From assembly GCA_045598145.1 (NCBI GenBank), contig JAZLLM010000031.1, positions 1 to 63,053 on the forward strand: a stretch of DNA of 63,053 nucleotides. Reading direction: 5' to 3'. The position numbers and the translations under genes are program-made. Below the pieces are notes generated by a model, which was not told where the DNA came from, ran no database searches, and was given only the letters and a program-made list of their open reading frames with translations. Shown here one piece after another: positions 32,925 through 41,917 of the stretch (position 1 is its first letter; each line of letters opens with the position of its first letter). The stretch is from Bacilli bacterium. GTDB lineage: Bacteria; Bacillota_I; Bacilli_A; ML615J-28; CAG-698.

Positions 32925-34331
32925 ATGAAGAGATGTCTTAAAGCATTCTCAACAATTCTAGTTTTGGTTTTAATGCTATTTGTATTTGCATGTGATAAAC
33001 CAACTCCTACACCAGAACCTATTAAATCAAGTGGTGAACAAATTAATAGTGATGGAAATAAACCAGTTAAAAGTGAAGGTACTTTAACACCTGAACCAAT
33101 AACTGACCCAGTAGATTATGCTAGCGAAGTTAAATTTAGCGAAGCTAGTGGAACTAAATGGGCTAAGGTTACTGTTAAGACTTATGTAGATGGTGACACA
33201 ACTCACTTTTATATTGATGATCCTAATATGAATGGTGGAGTTATAAAAGCTAGATATTTAGGAATTAATACACCTGAATCTACAGGTAAAATTGAAGAAT
33301 ATGGAAAAGCTGCTTCCACATTTACTAAAACTAAATTAATGGAAGCAACTTCCATTATCGTCGAAAGTGACGATGGTATTTGGAATGCTGACTCAACAGG
33401 TGGAAGATACCTTGTATGGGTTTGGTATAGAACAAATGAAAGTGAAGAATATCGTAATTTAAATATTGAAATTTTACAAGAAGGTTTAGCTATTGCATCA
33501 AGTTCAGCAAATAATAGATATGGTGAAACTTGTGTAAAAGCTATTAACCAAGCGAAAGCTTTAAAGCTTAAAGTATATTCTGGAGAAAAAGATCCTGATT
33601 TCTATTATGGTGAAGCTCAAGAAATCACTTTAAATGAACTTAGAACAAATATCGAAGAATATGTTAATACTTATGTAGCTTTTGAAGCTGTAGTAGTAAG
33701 AGAAAATAGTGAAACTGTATACGTAGAAGAGTTCGATCCTGAAACAAATATGTATAACGGTATCGCTGTATATTATGGATTTAGTGCATCGGGTGATGTA
33801 TTAAAGATATTGGAAGTTGGAAACAGGGTTAGAATAGTTGGCTCAGTTCAATATTATGAAGCTGGCGGAACTTATCAAATCTCTGGTTTGAAGTATCGTG
33901 CAATGAAACCTAAGGACCCTAGCAATGTACAAAAGATTGGTGAAGGTTATAGTGCAAGCTATACTTTAACTGATGCTGATACATTTGTTAATGGTAAAGT
34001 AGAAGTGGAAACAGATGAAGAACTTAAAGAATTTAGCTATGCTAATCTTGCAATGAATTCAACTATTTCAATGGAAAACTTACAAGTTAAGAGTGTTTAT
34101 ACAACTAATAATGAAGATAGTTCTTCAAAAGGTGCTATGACATTAACTTGTGAAGTAGATGGCATTACAGTAAAAGTGAGAACTGTTGTTATGTATGATG
34201 ATAACAAACAACTTATTACTGAAGATGCATTTTTAAATAAGAACATTAATGTTAAGGGATTAGTAGATTATTTTAATGGTGAATACCAAATAAAAATATT
34301 TACTATGAACGATGTAACATTTAATGGATAG
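32925..34331 (+). CDS. thermonuclease (SNase) family lipoprotein with C-terminal OB-fold-like domains
   Basis: Lipobox VFAC; YVDGDT, ARYLGINTPES, GGRYLVWVW and NIEILQEGLA SNase motifs; C-terminal 'YVAFEAVV...VGNRVRIVGSVQYY' OB-like region. Confidence 0.88.
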   Translation: MKRCLKAFSTILVLVLMLFVFACDKPTPTPEPIKSSGEQINSDGNKPVKSEGTLTPEPITDPVDYASEVKFSEASGTKWAKVTVKTYVDGDTTHFYIDDPNMNGGVIKARYLGINTPESTGKIEEYGKAASTFTKTKLMEATSIIVESDDGIWNADSTGGRYLVWVWYRTNESEEYRNLNIEILQEGLAIASSSANNRYGETCVKAINQAKALKLKVYSGEKDPDFYYGEAQEITLNELRTNIEEYVNTYVAFEAVVVRENSETVYVEEFDPETNMYNGIAVYYGFSASGDVLKILEVGNRVRIVGSVQYYEAGGTYQISGLKYRAMKPKDPSNVQKIGEGYSASYTLTDADTFVNGKVEVETDEELKEFSYANLAMNSTISMENLQVKSVYTTNNEDSSSKGAMTLTCEVDGITVKVRTVVMYDDNKQLITEDAFLNKNINVKGLVDYFNGEYQIKIFTMNDVTFNG

Positions 34332-34363
34332 AAAAACTAAAAAATTTGCAAAGGAGAAATTAA

Positions 34364-37300
34364 ATGAAGAAAAAGATTTTTAGTTTATTACTTTTAGTGC
34401 TTTGCTTATTTGCAGTTGTTGCTTGTGGTGGTAAGGATCCTAAACCTGAACCAGAACCACCAGTAAAAAAGACTGCTTTAGAAAAAGCAAAAGACTATTT
34501 ATACGCAATGTATAAAGCAACTGATGGAGCTGCTACTCCATCTGATTACCAATTAACTGCTGTACTTAAAGTTGGTGACGATGAGTATACAGTTGAATGG
34601 AAAGTTAACGTAACAACTGGTGATGCTTCACAAGTACAAGTTACATTAAGTGAAGATGGTAAGACAGTTACTGTTGACGTTGACGAACAAACTGCTATAG
34701 ATTTAGCATATGAATTAACTGCTGTTATTAAAGATAAAGAAGGCAAGACAATTGAACAAAAGTTAACTCATACAGTTCCAAAGTTTAAGGAATTAACTTG
34801 GGCTGAATATGTTGGCAAAGCTGCTGGCGAAAGCTTAGTAGTTAAAGGTATTGTTACTGCTTTAATTAATGATAACTGCTTATATATGCAAGATGCTGAT
34901 GGTGGATATTATCTATATAATATGAAATCATCTATCGCTGAATCAGGCGTTAAAGTTGGTAATACAATCAGAGCTACTGGTTCTAAAGATATTTATAGTG
35001 GAACTCATGAAGTAAAAGATGCTGTTATTGAAATTTTAGATACAACTACATCTGTTCCTGCAGCTGTAGATTACACTGAAATTTACAAGAACGCTACATC
35101 ATTAAAAGATGCTGCATTAGCTGAAAAACAAGCTTTATTAGTTACTATTAAAGGCGTTGAAATCACTGGCGAAGATGCTGGTAGCGGATACTACAAATTC
35201 AAATTAGGTAATTTAGAATCTTATATCAGAATTTCTAGTTCAGTATGTCCATTATCTAAAGCTGACCAAGACACTTTCAAAGCTGCTCATGCTAGTCACT
35301 TTGGTTGGACAGGAAATGCAACAGGTGTTATCTGTGTATATGATGGTGCTTTCTATCTAACTCCTGTTACTGTTGATGCATTTGAATATGTTTCATTACC
35401 AGATTTAGATGATGCTGGTATGGTTGCATTTGAAAAGAACGCTTTAACATTCGCTGAAGAAATCGATGCTGCTGGCGAAATCGCATTAGCTGCTAAAGGT
35501 TCTGCTTATGAAGCTGTTGCTATTACATGGGCTTCTAACAGTGAATTAGCTGTTGTTTCTGAAGGCAAATTAGTTGTTGCTAGCTTACCAGATGATGAAA
35601 CTGAAATTAAGATTACTGCTACTTTAACAAGTGGTGATGCTACTGATACTAAAGAATTCACAGTTAAATTAGTTCCTTCAAGAGCTGTTATGACTGTTGC
35701 TGAAGTATTAGATGAAATGGCTAACTATGAAGCTTCTCAAATTTCTACTACTAAATATTCAGTTGGTGGAGTTGTTACTTCTTCAAGTTACAATGATAGC
35801 TATAAATCATACACTATTTGGCTAAAAGATGGCGATACTGAAAAAGCATTCGAATTATATTCTGCTGTTATGGCTGAAGATAAAGATGAATATCATGCAG
35901 AAAATGCTTTAGTTGGTATGTATGTTGAATGTACTGGTTACTTACAATTATACGTAGCATCAAGTGGAGCTAAGACATTTGAAATGCCTTACTTAGCTGC
36001 TAACAAGAGCCCTAATGGACAAGCTACAAGCCCTACTATTACTGTAGTTGCTAAATCATATGATGTAGCTGGCGTTATCGCTTCTATGGCTGGATTCGCT
36101 GAAGCTGGTGAAATTGGTACTGAATTCGTATTAGTTACAGGTGTTGTTTCATCTTCATCTTATAACTCTAAATATGGATCATACACAATTTGGCTAACTG
36201 ATGGCACAAATGAAAAAGCATTCGAATTATATTCTGTTGCTTTTGCTAAAGGATTTGATGATTCAGCATTCCAAGCTGATGATGCATTAAAAGGATATAC
36301 AGTAACTTGTCAAGGTTACTTACAATTATATGTAAGTTCAAGCGGTGCTAAGACATATGAAATGCCTTATTTAGCTGCTGCTAAGAGCCCTACTAAAGCT
36401 GACTTTACACCATCTATTACTGCTGCTTTCAAAGAAGAACAACAAGGTGGAGAAGAAGGTTTTTACATTGCAAATGATGAAGATGCTGCAAATATCGAAG
36501 CTTTAGGTGCTGATTATATCGTTGACGTACAAATCGTTGGTGAAGGCTTCTACTATGTTGGCGAAACTGAATTATATATCAATGATACAGTATTTGCTAC
36601 AATAGAAGATGCATTAGCATTTGCTCAACCTGGACAAATCATTTATGTTTGTGCTGGTTTATATGCAGGCGATATTACAATTGAAGGTAATGGCATTACA
36701 ATTGTTGGTGCTAACTTCAATACTGTTTTAGATAAAGATTCTGAATTCACAGCTGGTGATGATACAGTTAATACTATTATTAATGGTGCTATCACAATTG
36801 CTGAAGGTTCTAAGAATATTACTCTTAAAGGTTTAGTATTAGAAGGTCAAGTTACTTTAGCTGGTGTTGCTGGATTTAACGCTTCTAATATCGTATTTAG
36901 TGATATTAAGTTTGAAGAAACATTTGACGGATGCTTAAGAGTTTCTGGTGCTTCAAGTGATATCGTTATTAAGAACATGTACTTAGATGGAAATTGTTCT
37001 CCACGTGGTATCCATATCAATGCTACAGTTACTAACTTTGCATTATATGAATCAGGAACATTATCTACTAATACTGGATTATATGACTTCTTTAGATTTG
37101 GTCAAGGCAATATTGCTACTGCTGCTGGCACTGTAATTATGAAAGATTGCTTCGTATTAAATACATTAGAATCTGGTTTAATGGATAGAGTTCCTGCTGC
37201 TGATAAGTACATTGTTGAAAACAACTACTTCGAAAAAGTTCCTGCTGCTATTTATTGGAGAACAGGAATTGCTGATGGAGCTGCTATTGAATATGATGTA

Positions 37301-39823
37301 ATCGGTAATACATTTGTTGATTGCGGTACTTTAGCTGGTGACTGGGATGTTATAGTTATGACTACTGGTGCTAATACAAAGACTGAAGTTCATTACAATA
37401 TCTTCAAAGATAACTTTAAATCTAACCCAGGTACTAACACTGACTATGTAATTAAAGTAAGAACTGATGCTGGAGTTATCAACTGTGCTGATAACTTCAT
37501 TAGTGAAGATACTAAAGATAAGAACTTAAATGCTAAAGAATTAACATTACTTGAATCTGAAGAAAAAGCTAGAGAATTATATGAAAAATATGTTAACGAT
37601 TCAGTAAGTGCTGAAGTAATCAAAGCTTCTAATGCTAAGGTTATCGTTACTGCTGATGTAGCTGAATTAGCTGCTGATGCTGAATATGAATTCGCTGGTG
37701 TTAAATATGTTGTAGGTAAGACTGCATTCGCTACAATCGATGCTGCTTTAGCTGCTGCAACTGATGATGCTGTAATTTACTTATTCCCTGGAACTTATCT
37801 ATTAACTGCTACTGGAACTGCAAAAGTTACATTAGTTGGTTCAAATTATAATGTAGATGGTTATGCTGAAAGAGTTACACCTTCTATCATTACATTAGGC
37901 GGAAATGTTGCAATTGCTAACCCTAAATTTATCGCTAATGGTATTGACTTTGTAGCTGTTGAAACTGCAAATATTAACTTCTTATTCCCAGCTACTGGTT
38001 GTGAAGAATTCGAAGTTTCTTATTGCTCAATTTATTCAACAAACCCTACTACAAGTTATCAAATTAATACATTCTACAGAGATAGTAACGATACTACTCC
38101 TCATACAGTAAAATTCACACACAATAACTTTACACAAGTTGACCAATTTGTTGCTTGGGTTGCTACTGCTACTGAATTTGTATTTGAAAGCAATCATGTA
38201 GAATTAGAAGGATTTGGAAGAATCGGTTCTATTGCTTATAACACTGCTTTATTTAGAATAAGACAATTAGATGCTACTTATGTAATTAATGTATCTATTA
38301 GAAATAACTATTTCCATGGTGCTTTAATTGGATGTCCATACTTATTTGAATTCTCTACTGGAGAAGGATCAAAAGCTGTTGTAAGTTACAACGTATTTGA
38401 TGGTGTTGGACCTACATTCATTTTCAATAATTCTACTTATGTTCAAGCTGAAATCACTGCTGAATATAACTTATTCAAAGATTGTGAAGCTGAATCATTT
38501 GGTGAAGAAGCTGAAAACGAAAAAGAAAGAGCTGCTGCTTGGAAAATTGAAGACTTATATGCTAAGTTAGACATCATCTGCCAATTATGGTGTGCAGACT
38601 TCTCTAAATGGGCTGTAAATGAAATTTCATCAATCGAAAAAGTTGACACTGCATCTATTAACTCAAGCGATATGGTTGATATGTTAAAGGATGAAGCTTT
38701 AACTGCTAAATGGTTATGGTTATATACTGGTTTATATGAAATCGCTGATGAAGATAAATTATATGACCCAGAAGATTCAGAAGCTTATGAATCTGCTAAA
38801 GGTTTCTATTTAGCTAACATTAATGGTTTCTTTAGTCAAACAGAACATACTGATACAAATTTAGGTACAGTAAGTTTCGATTTCTCTGATCCTGCAAATG
38901 TAAAAGCTGTTTTAGCTTACTTTGATGGTTCAATCGAACTAGTATTACCTGTAGCTGAAGAAGAAGAAAAAGAAGAAGTTGAAATCACTGATGGTGAACA
39001 AACTTTAACTATTAATTGTTTCGGATTTGGTTCAGATGATACTGATCCTGTTACTAACTATTTTAAAGCTTCTGCTCAAAAGACTATTTTATATTTAGCT
39101 AGTAAAGATTTATGTCAATTAGCTACAAGCACATATTCATATGCTTATAGATTAGGTATCAATCTTGAAGATGGTAAATATGTAGTAAAAGAAATCATTC
39201 CTGCTACTGGTACAGTTGATGTTCAAAATTTAAATTATGATTATATTTTATTCATCAATGGTAACTATGAAAAGAAAGCTATCTTTGATTTAATCGCTGT
39301 TGGAACTGAATTAACATTCGGTGCTGATCTTACTACTTTAGAAGAAGGCGTTGTTGAAGTAACTGTTAAGTTCAACTATGTTGCACCTGAAGAAGGCGCA
39401 GGTCAAGAAGGCGCAGGTCAAGAAGGCGGACAAGAAGATACAAGAACTGATTGGGAAAAATTAGTTGATGAATTCGTTGCTGATTATGCAAAGATGCCTG
39501 GTGGATCTAATGCTAGTGCTGCTGATAAGATCGACACTGCTTCTATCGATTCTGGTTCTATGTTAGCATTCTTAAATGATGCTGCTATGAGAGCTAAATG
39601 GGCTTGGTTAATTGAAGGTGTTTATGAAGCTGCTGGCAAACCTGAAGATGCAGAAGATCCAGCTACAACTGAAACTTTCGAAACTTCTAAAGGTTTCTAT
39701 TTAGCTAACATTTGCGGTTTCTTAACTAAGACTCAACATACAGATACTCATTTAAAAAATGTAAGTGTTGATTATTCAGACGCTACTGTATGGGCTGTTG
39801 TATGGGCTAAGAAAGCTAACTAA
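34364..39823 (+). CDS. giant (1819 aa) multidomain surface lipoprotein: OB-fold-like, Ig-like, beta-helix-like and repeated C-terminal domains
   Basis: Lipobox VVAC and AAGGAG RBS; 'VKGIVTA...LYMQDADGGYYLY...VKVGNTIRATG' OB-like domain; two 'FATI..AL......IY...G.Y' beta-helix starts; internal duplications. Confidence 0.85.
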   Translation: MKKKIFSLLLLVLCLFAVVACGGKDPKPEPEPPVKKTALEKAKDYLYAMYKATDGAATPSDYQLTAVLKVGDDEYTVEWKVNVTTGDASQVQVTLSEDGKTVTVDVDEQTAIDLAYELTAVIKDKEGKTIEQKLTHTVPKFKELTWAEYVGKAAGESLVVKGIVTALINDNCLYMQDADGGYYLYNMKSSIAESGVKVGNTIRATGSKDIYSGTHEVKDAVIEILDTTTSVPAAVDYTEIYKNATSLKDAALAEKQALLVTIKGVEITGEDAGSGYYKFKLGNLESYIRISSSVCPLSKADQDTFKAAHASHFGWTGNATGVICVYDGAFYLTPVTVDAFEYVSLPDLDDAGMVAFEKNALTFAEEIDAAGEIALAAKGSAYEAVAITWASNSELAVVSEGKLVVASLPDDETEIKITATLTSGDATDTKEFTVKLVPSRAVMTVAEVLDEMANYEASQISTTKYSVGGVVTSSSYNDSYKSYTIWLKDGDTEKAFELYSAVMAEDKDEYHAENALVGMYVECTGYLQLYVASSGAKTFEMPYLAANKSPNGQATSPTITVVAKSYDVAGVIASMAGFAEAGEIGTEFVLVTGVVSSSSYNSKYGSYTIWLTDGTNEKAFELYSVAFAKGFDDSAFQADDALKGYTVTCQGYLQLYVSSSGAKTYEMPYLAAAKSPTKADFTPSITAAFKEEQQGGEEGFYIANDEDAANIEALGADYIVDVQIVGEGFYYVGETELYINDTVFATIEDALAFAQPGQIIYVCAGLYAGDITIEGNGITIVGANFNTVLDKDSEFTAGDDTVNTIINGAITIAEGSKNITLKGLVLEGQVTLAGVAGFNASNIVFSDIKFEETFDGCLRVSGASSDIVIKNMYLDGNCSPRGIHINATVTNFALYESGTLSTNTGLYDFFRFGQGNIATAAGTVIMKDCFVLNTLESGLMDRVPAADKYIVENNYFEKVPAAIYWRTGIADGAAIEYDVIGNTFVDCGTLAGDWDVIVMTTGANTKTEVHYNIFKDNFKSNPGTNTDYVIKVRTDAGVINCADNFISEDTKDKNLNAKELTLLESEEKARELYEKYVNDSVSAEVIKASNAKVIVTADVAELAADAEYEFAGVKYVVGKTAFATIDAALAAATDDAVIYLFPGTYLLTATGTAKVTLVGSNYNVDGYAERVTPSIITLGGNVAIANPKFIANGIDFVAVETANINFLFPATGCEEFEVSYCSIYSTNPTTSYQINTFYRDSNDTTPHTVKFTHNNFTQVDQFVAWVATATEFVFESNHVELEGFGRIGSIAYNTALFRIRQLDATYVINVSIRNNYFHGALIGCPYLFEFSTGEGSKAVVSYNVFDGVGPTFIFNNSTYVQAEITAEYNLFKDCEAESFGEEAENEKERAAAWKIEDLYAKLDIICQLWCADFSKWAVNEISSIEKVDTASINSSDMVDMLKDEALTAKWLWLYTGLYEIADEDKLYDPEDSEAYESAKGFYLANINGFFSQTEHTDTNLGTVSFDFSDPANVKAVLAYFDGSIELVLPVAEEEEKEEVEITDGEQTLTINCFGFGSDDTDPVTNYFKASAQKTILYLASKDLCQLATSTYSYAYRLGINLEDGKYVVKEIIPATGTVDVQNLNYDYILFINGNYEKKAIFDLIAVGTELTFGADLTTLEEGVVEVTVKFNYVAPEEGAGQEGAGQEGGQEDTRTDWEKLVDEFVADYAKMPGGSNASAADKIDTASIDSGSMLAFLNDAAMRAKWAWLIEGVYEAAGKPEDAEDPATTETFETSKGFYLANICGFLTKTQHTDTHLKNVSVDYSDATVWAVVWAKKAN
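35690..36425 (+). repeat. tandem ~120-aa duplicated domain within the giant lipoprotein
   Basis: SSSYN..Y.SYTIWL.DG..EKAFELYS and GYLQLYV.SSGAKT.EMPYLAA.KSP each occur twice; DNA GAAAAAGCATTCGAATTATATTCTG is identical at 35840 and 36212. Confidence 0.9.
39390..39428 (+). repeat. 15-bp tandem repeat encoding an EGAGQ linker
   Basis: AAGAAGGCGCAGGTC twice plus a partial third copy. Confidence 0.8.
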
Positions 39824-39843
39824 TTTGTTAGTATAGACTATTT

Positions 39844-39878
39844 AAAAGGGTCTCACTTTAAAAGTGAGGCCTTTTCTT
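39844..39878 (+). terminator. terminator ending the ABC/nuclease operon
   Basis: AAAAGGGTCTCACTT-taa-AAGTGAGGCCTTTT. Confidence 0.8.
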
Positions 39879-39944
39879 AATGCCTATAACTTATGCTTTA
39901 TATTTAAGGCATTTTATGGTATAATTATTACAGGTAAAAAAATT

Positions 39945-41609
39945 ATGAGTAAAATAAAATTCTTTGGTCTAGGTGGACTAGGCGAAAATGGTAAAAATTT
40001 ATATGTATGTGAAGTTGATGAGAGCATCTTTATATTAGATGCTGGACTTAAATATCCAAGTGTGGACTTATTAGGTATTGATTCAATTTACCCATCATTA
40101 GAATATTTAGAAGAAAACAGTGAAAGAATAAAAGGTATTTTCTTAAGTCATGGCCATGAAGAAAATATTGGAGCTGTAGTTGAAGTAATTAAGAGATTTA
40201 ATATTAGTGTATTTGGCACTCATTTTACTATTTCATTAGTTGAAAAGACAATTGAAGAACAAGGGCTAGTGAAAGAACATTATAGGTTATATCGTATAAA
40301 TGAAGATAAAAAACTAAAATTTGGTAAAGTTAGTGTTGAATTTTATAATGTAAGCCATAGTATACCAGAAGCTATAAATATAGCTATAATAACTCCTGAT
40401 GGAGCTATTGTATATGCACCAGATTTTTCTTTTGATGTAAATAGTGATAAAAAATATCATATTTCTTTTGGTAGGATTAATGATATAGCTAAATATGGGG
40501 TATTAGCTTTAGCTAGTGAGAGTTTAGGCACAAGTAATCTAAATAGAACTAACAATAATTATGAATTGGATTATTACGTTACAAATACATTAAAGAAAAA
40601 AGGAAGATGCTTTTTCACAATTTATTCTTATGATTTAGAAAAGATTCAAAGAGTTATTAATCTTGCTTTAAACATGGGAAGAAGAATTGCTTTAATAGGC
40701 ATTAAGACGCAAAGAATAGTAAATATAGCAACTCAAACAGGATACTTAAAAGTACATGAAGATAAATTAGTTACTTTGAAATTTAGAAATGAAAAAATAA
40801 CAAATGAAGATGATGATTTAGCTATTATTGTAACAGGGGCAAGACATGAACCATTCTTTATGATGCAAAGAATGTGTAATGGTCAAGATAGATTATTACA
40901 AGTTAAAAAAGGTGATAATCTATTAATGCTAACTCCACCAATAACAGGTTGTGAAAGAATTCAATCAAGAATGCTTGCTAATGTATTAGAATCTGGGGTA
41001 ATAGTTACTGATGTAAATAAAGATGCAATAAGAAGCACTCACGCTAGTCCTGAAAATTTAAAGATGCTATATGGAATGCTAAACCCTAAATATATAATTC
41101 CTATTATTGGTGAATATAGACACCAATATATGCAAAAAAATATAGCAATAGAAGTTGGTTATAAAAATGAAGATATAATATTGTTAGATAATGGACAAGT
41201 TGCTTATTTTGAAAATGGTGTATTAAAAGATACTAAAGAAAAAGTTAAATGTGGTGATGTATTAGTTGATGGAAGTATTATAGGAGACATTAACGAAGTA
41301 GTATTAAAAGATAGAGAGTTAATGAGCGAAGAAGGCATTATCTTTGTAACTACAGTAATTGATACTAAGCATAGAAGTTTATTAGGTGGGCCTGAAATTG
41401 TAAGTAAAGGCTTTAGTATATCAGATGAAAATAAATTATTTTCTGAATTAAAAGAATTAGTTACAAATGAAATGTATTTATATTTAAATAAACGAAATTT
41501 AGATTTAAGTAAAGCAAATGAATATTTAAGAAAAAAACTTAATGATTATCTAACTAATAATTATAGTAAACATCCAATTATTATTCCTTCTTTTATTGAT
41601 ATTAAATAA
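39945..41609 (+). CDS. rnjB: ribonuclease J, J2-type (degenerate metal-binding motif)
   Basis: GLGGLGENGKN; HGHEENIG in place of HxHxDH (as in B. subtilis J2); VLVDG...VLKDRELMSEEG. Start at ATG 39945. Confidence 0.85.
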   Translation: MSKIKFFGLGGLGENGKNLYVCEVDESIFILDAGLKYPSVDLLGIDSIYPSLEYLEENSERIKGIFLSHGHEENIGAVVEVIKRFNISVFGTHFTISLVEKTIEEQGLVKEHYRLYRINEDKKLKFGKVSVEFYNVSHSIPEAINIAIITPDGAIVYAPDFSFDVNSDKKYHISFGRINDIAKYGVLALASESLGTSNLNRTNNNYELDYYVTNTLKKKGRCFFTIYSYDLEKIQRVINLALNMGRRIALIGIKTQRIVNIATQTGYLKVHEDKLVTLKFRNEKITNEDDDLAIIVTGARHEPFFMMQRMCNGQDRLLQVKKGDNLLMLTPPITGCERIQSRMLANVLESGVIVTDVNKDAIRSTHASPENLKMLYGMLNPKYIIPIIGEYRHQYMQKNIAIEVGYKNEDIILLDNGQVAYFENGVLKDTKEKVKCGDVLVDGSIIGDINEVVLKDRELMSEEGIIFVTTVIDTKHRSLLGGPEIVSKGFSISDENKLFSELKELVTNEMYLYLNKRNLDLSKANEYLRKKLNDYLTNNYSKHPIIIPSFIDIK

Positions 41610-41639
41610 AAAAAGTAGTATAATAATTAAGAATAAAAA

Positions 41640-41886
41640 AGCAATGATAAAAGAATTCTATTATTTATTCTTATTTAGAGAAAAGTGGGTTGGTGAAACA
41701 CTTTAAGATGATAATAGATGCTACTTTTTAGCTAAAGATGAAAGTCTTCGTTTCTTGGCGTTAACAAGATAATTAAGAGTAAAAACATATTGCATAAATA
41801 TCTGTTTTTAAAATAGGATGGTACCGCGATAAAAAAATTGATTCGTTCCTATATAAAAATTATTATATTTTTATATAGGATTTTTT
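41640..41886 (+). promoter_or_regulatory. T-box riboswitch (Ala) upstream of alaS
   Basis: AGAGA and GGTGAAA stem-I elements, GCT (Ala) specifier at 41720-41722, T-box AATAGGATGGTACCGCG at ~41812-41828, terminator TCCTATATAAAAAT...ATTTTTATATAGGA followed by a T run. Confidence 0.9.
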
Positions 41887-41917
41887 ATTTCCTATATAAA
41901 TAAAACTGGAGGAGAAT

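Noticed and set aside
35690-36425. Repeated DNA segments as a CRISPR array or DGR template/variable repeat pair
   Set aside because: They are in-frame protein domain duplications with differences not restricted to adenines; no cas or reverse transcriptase gene is in the window.
39864-39944. N-terminal extension of the RNase J ORF from GTG 39864
   Set aside because: It begins inside the upstream terminator and spans a promoter-like TGgTATAAT; homology starts at MSKIKFFGLGG (39945).
41888-41900. Second copy of TCCTATATAAA after the T-box terminator as a separate regulatory element
   Set aside because: It could pair with the terminator 3' arm, but it is short and AT-rich and lies beyond the termination point, so there is not enough support.
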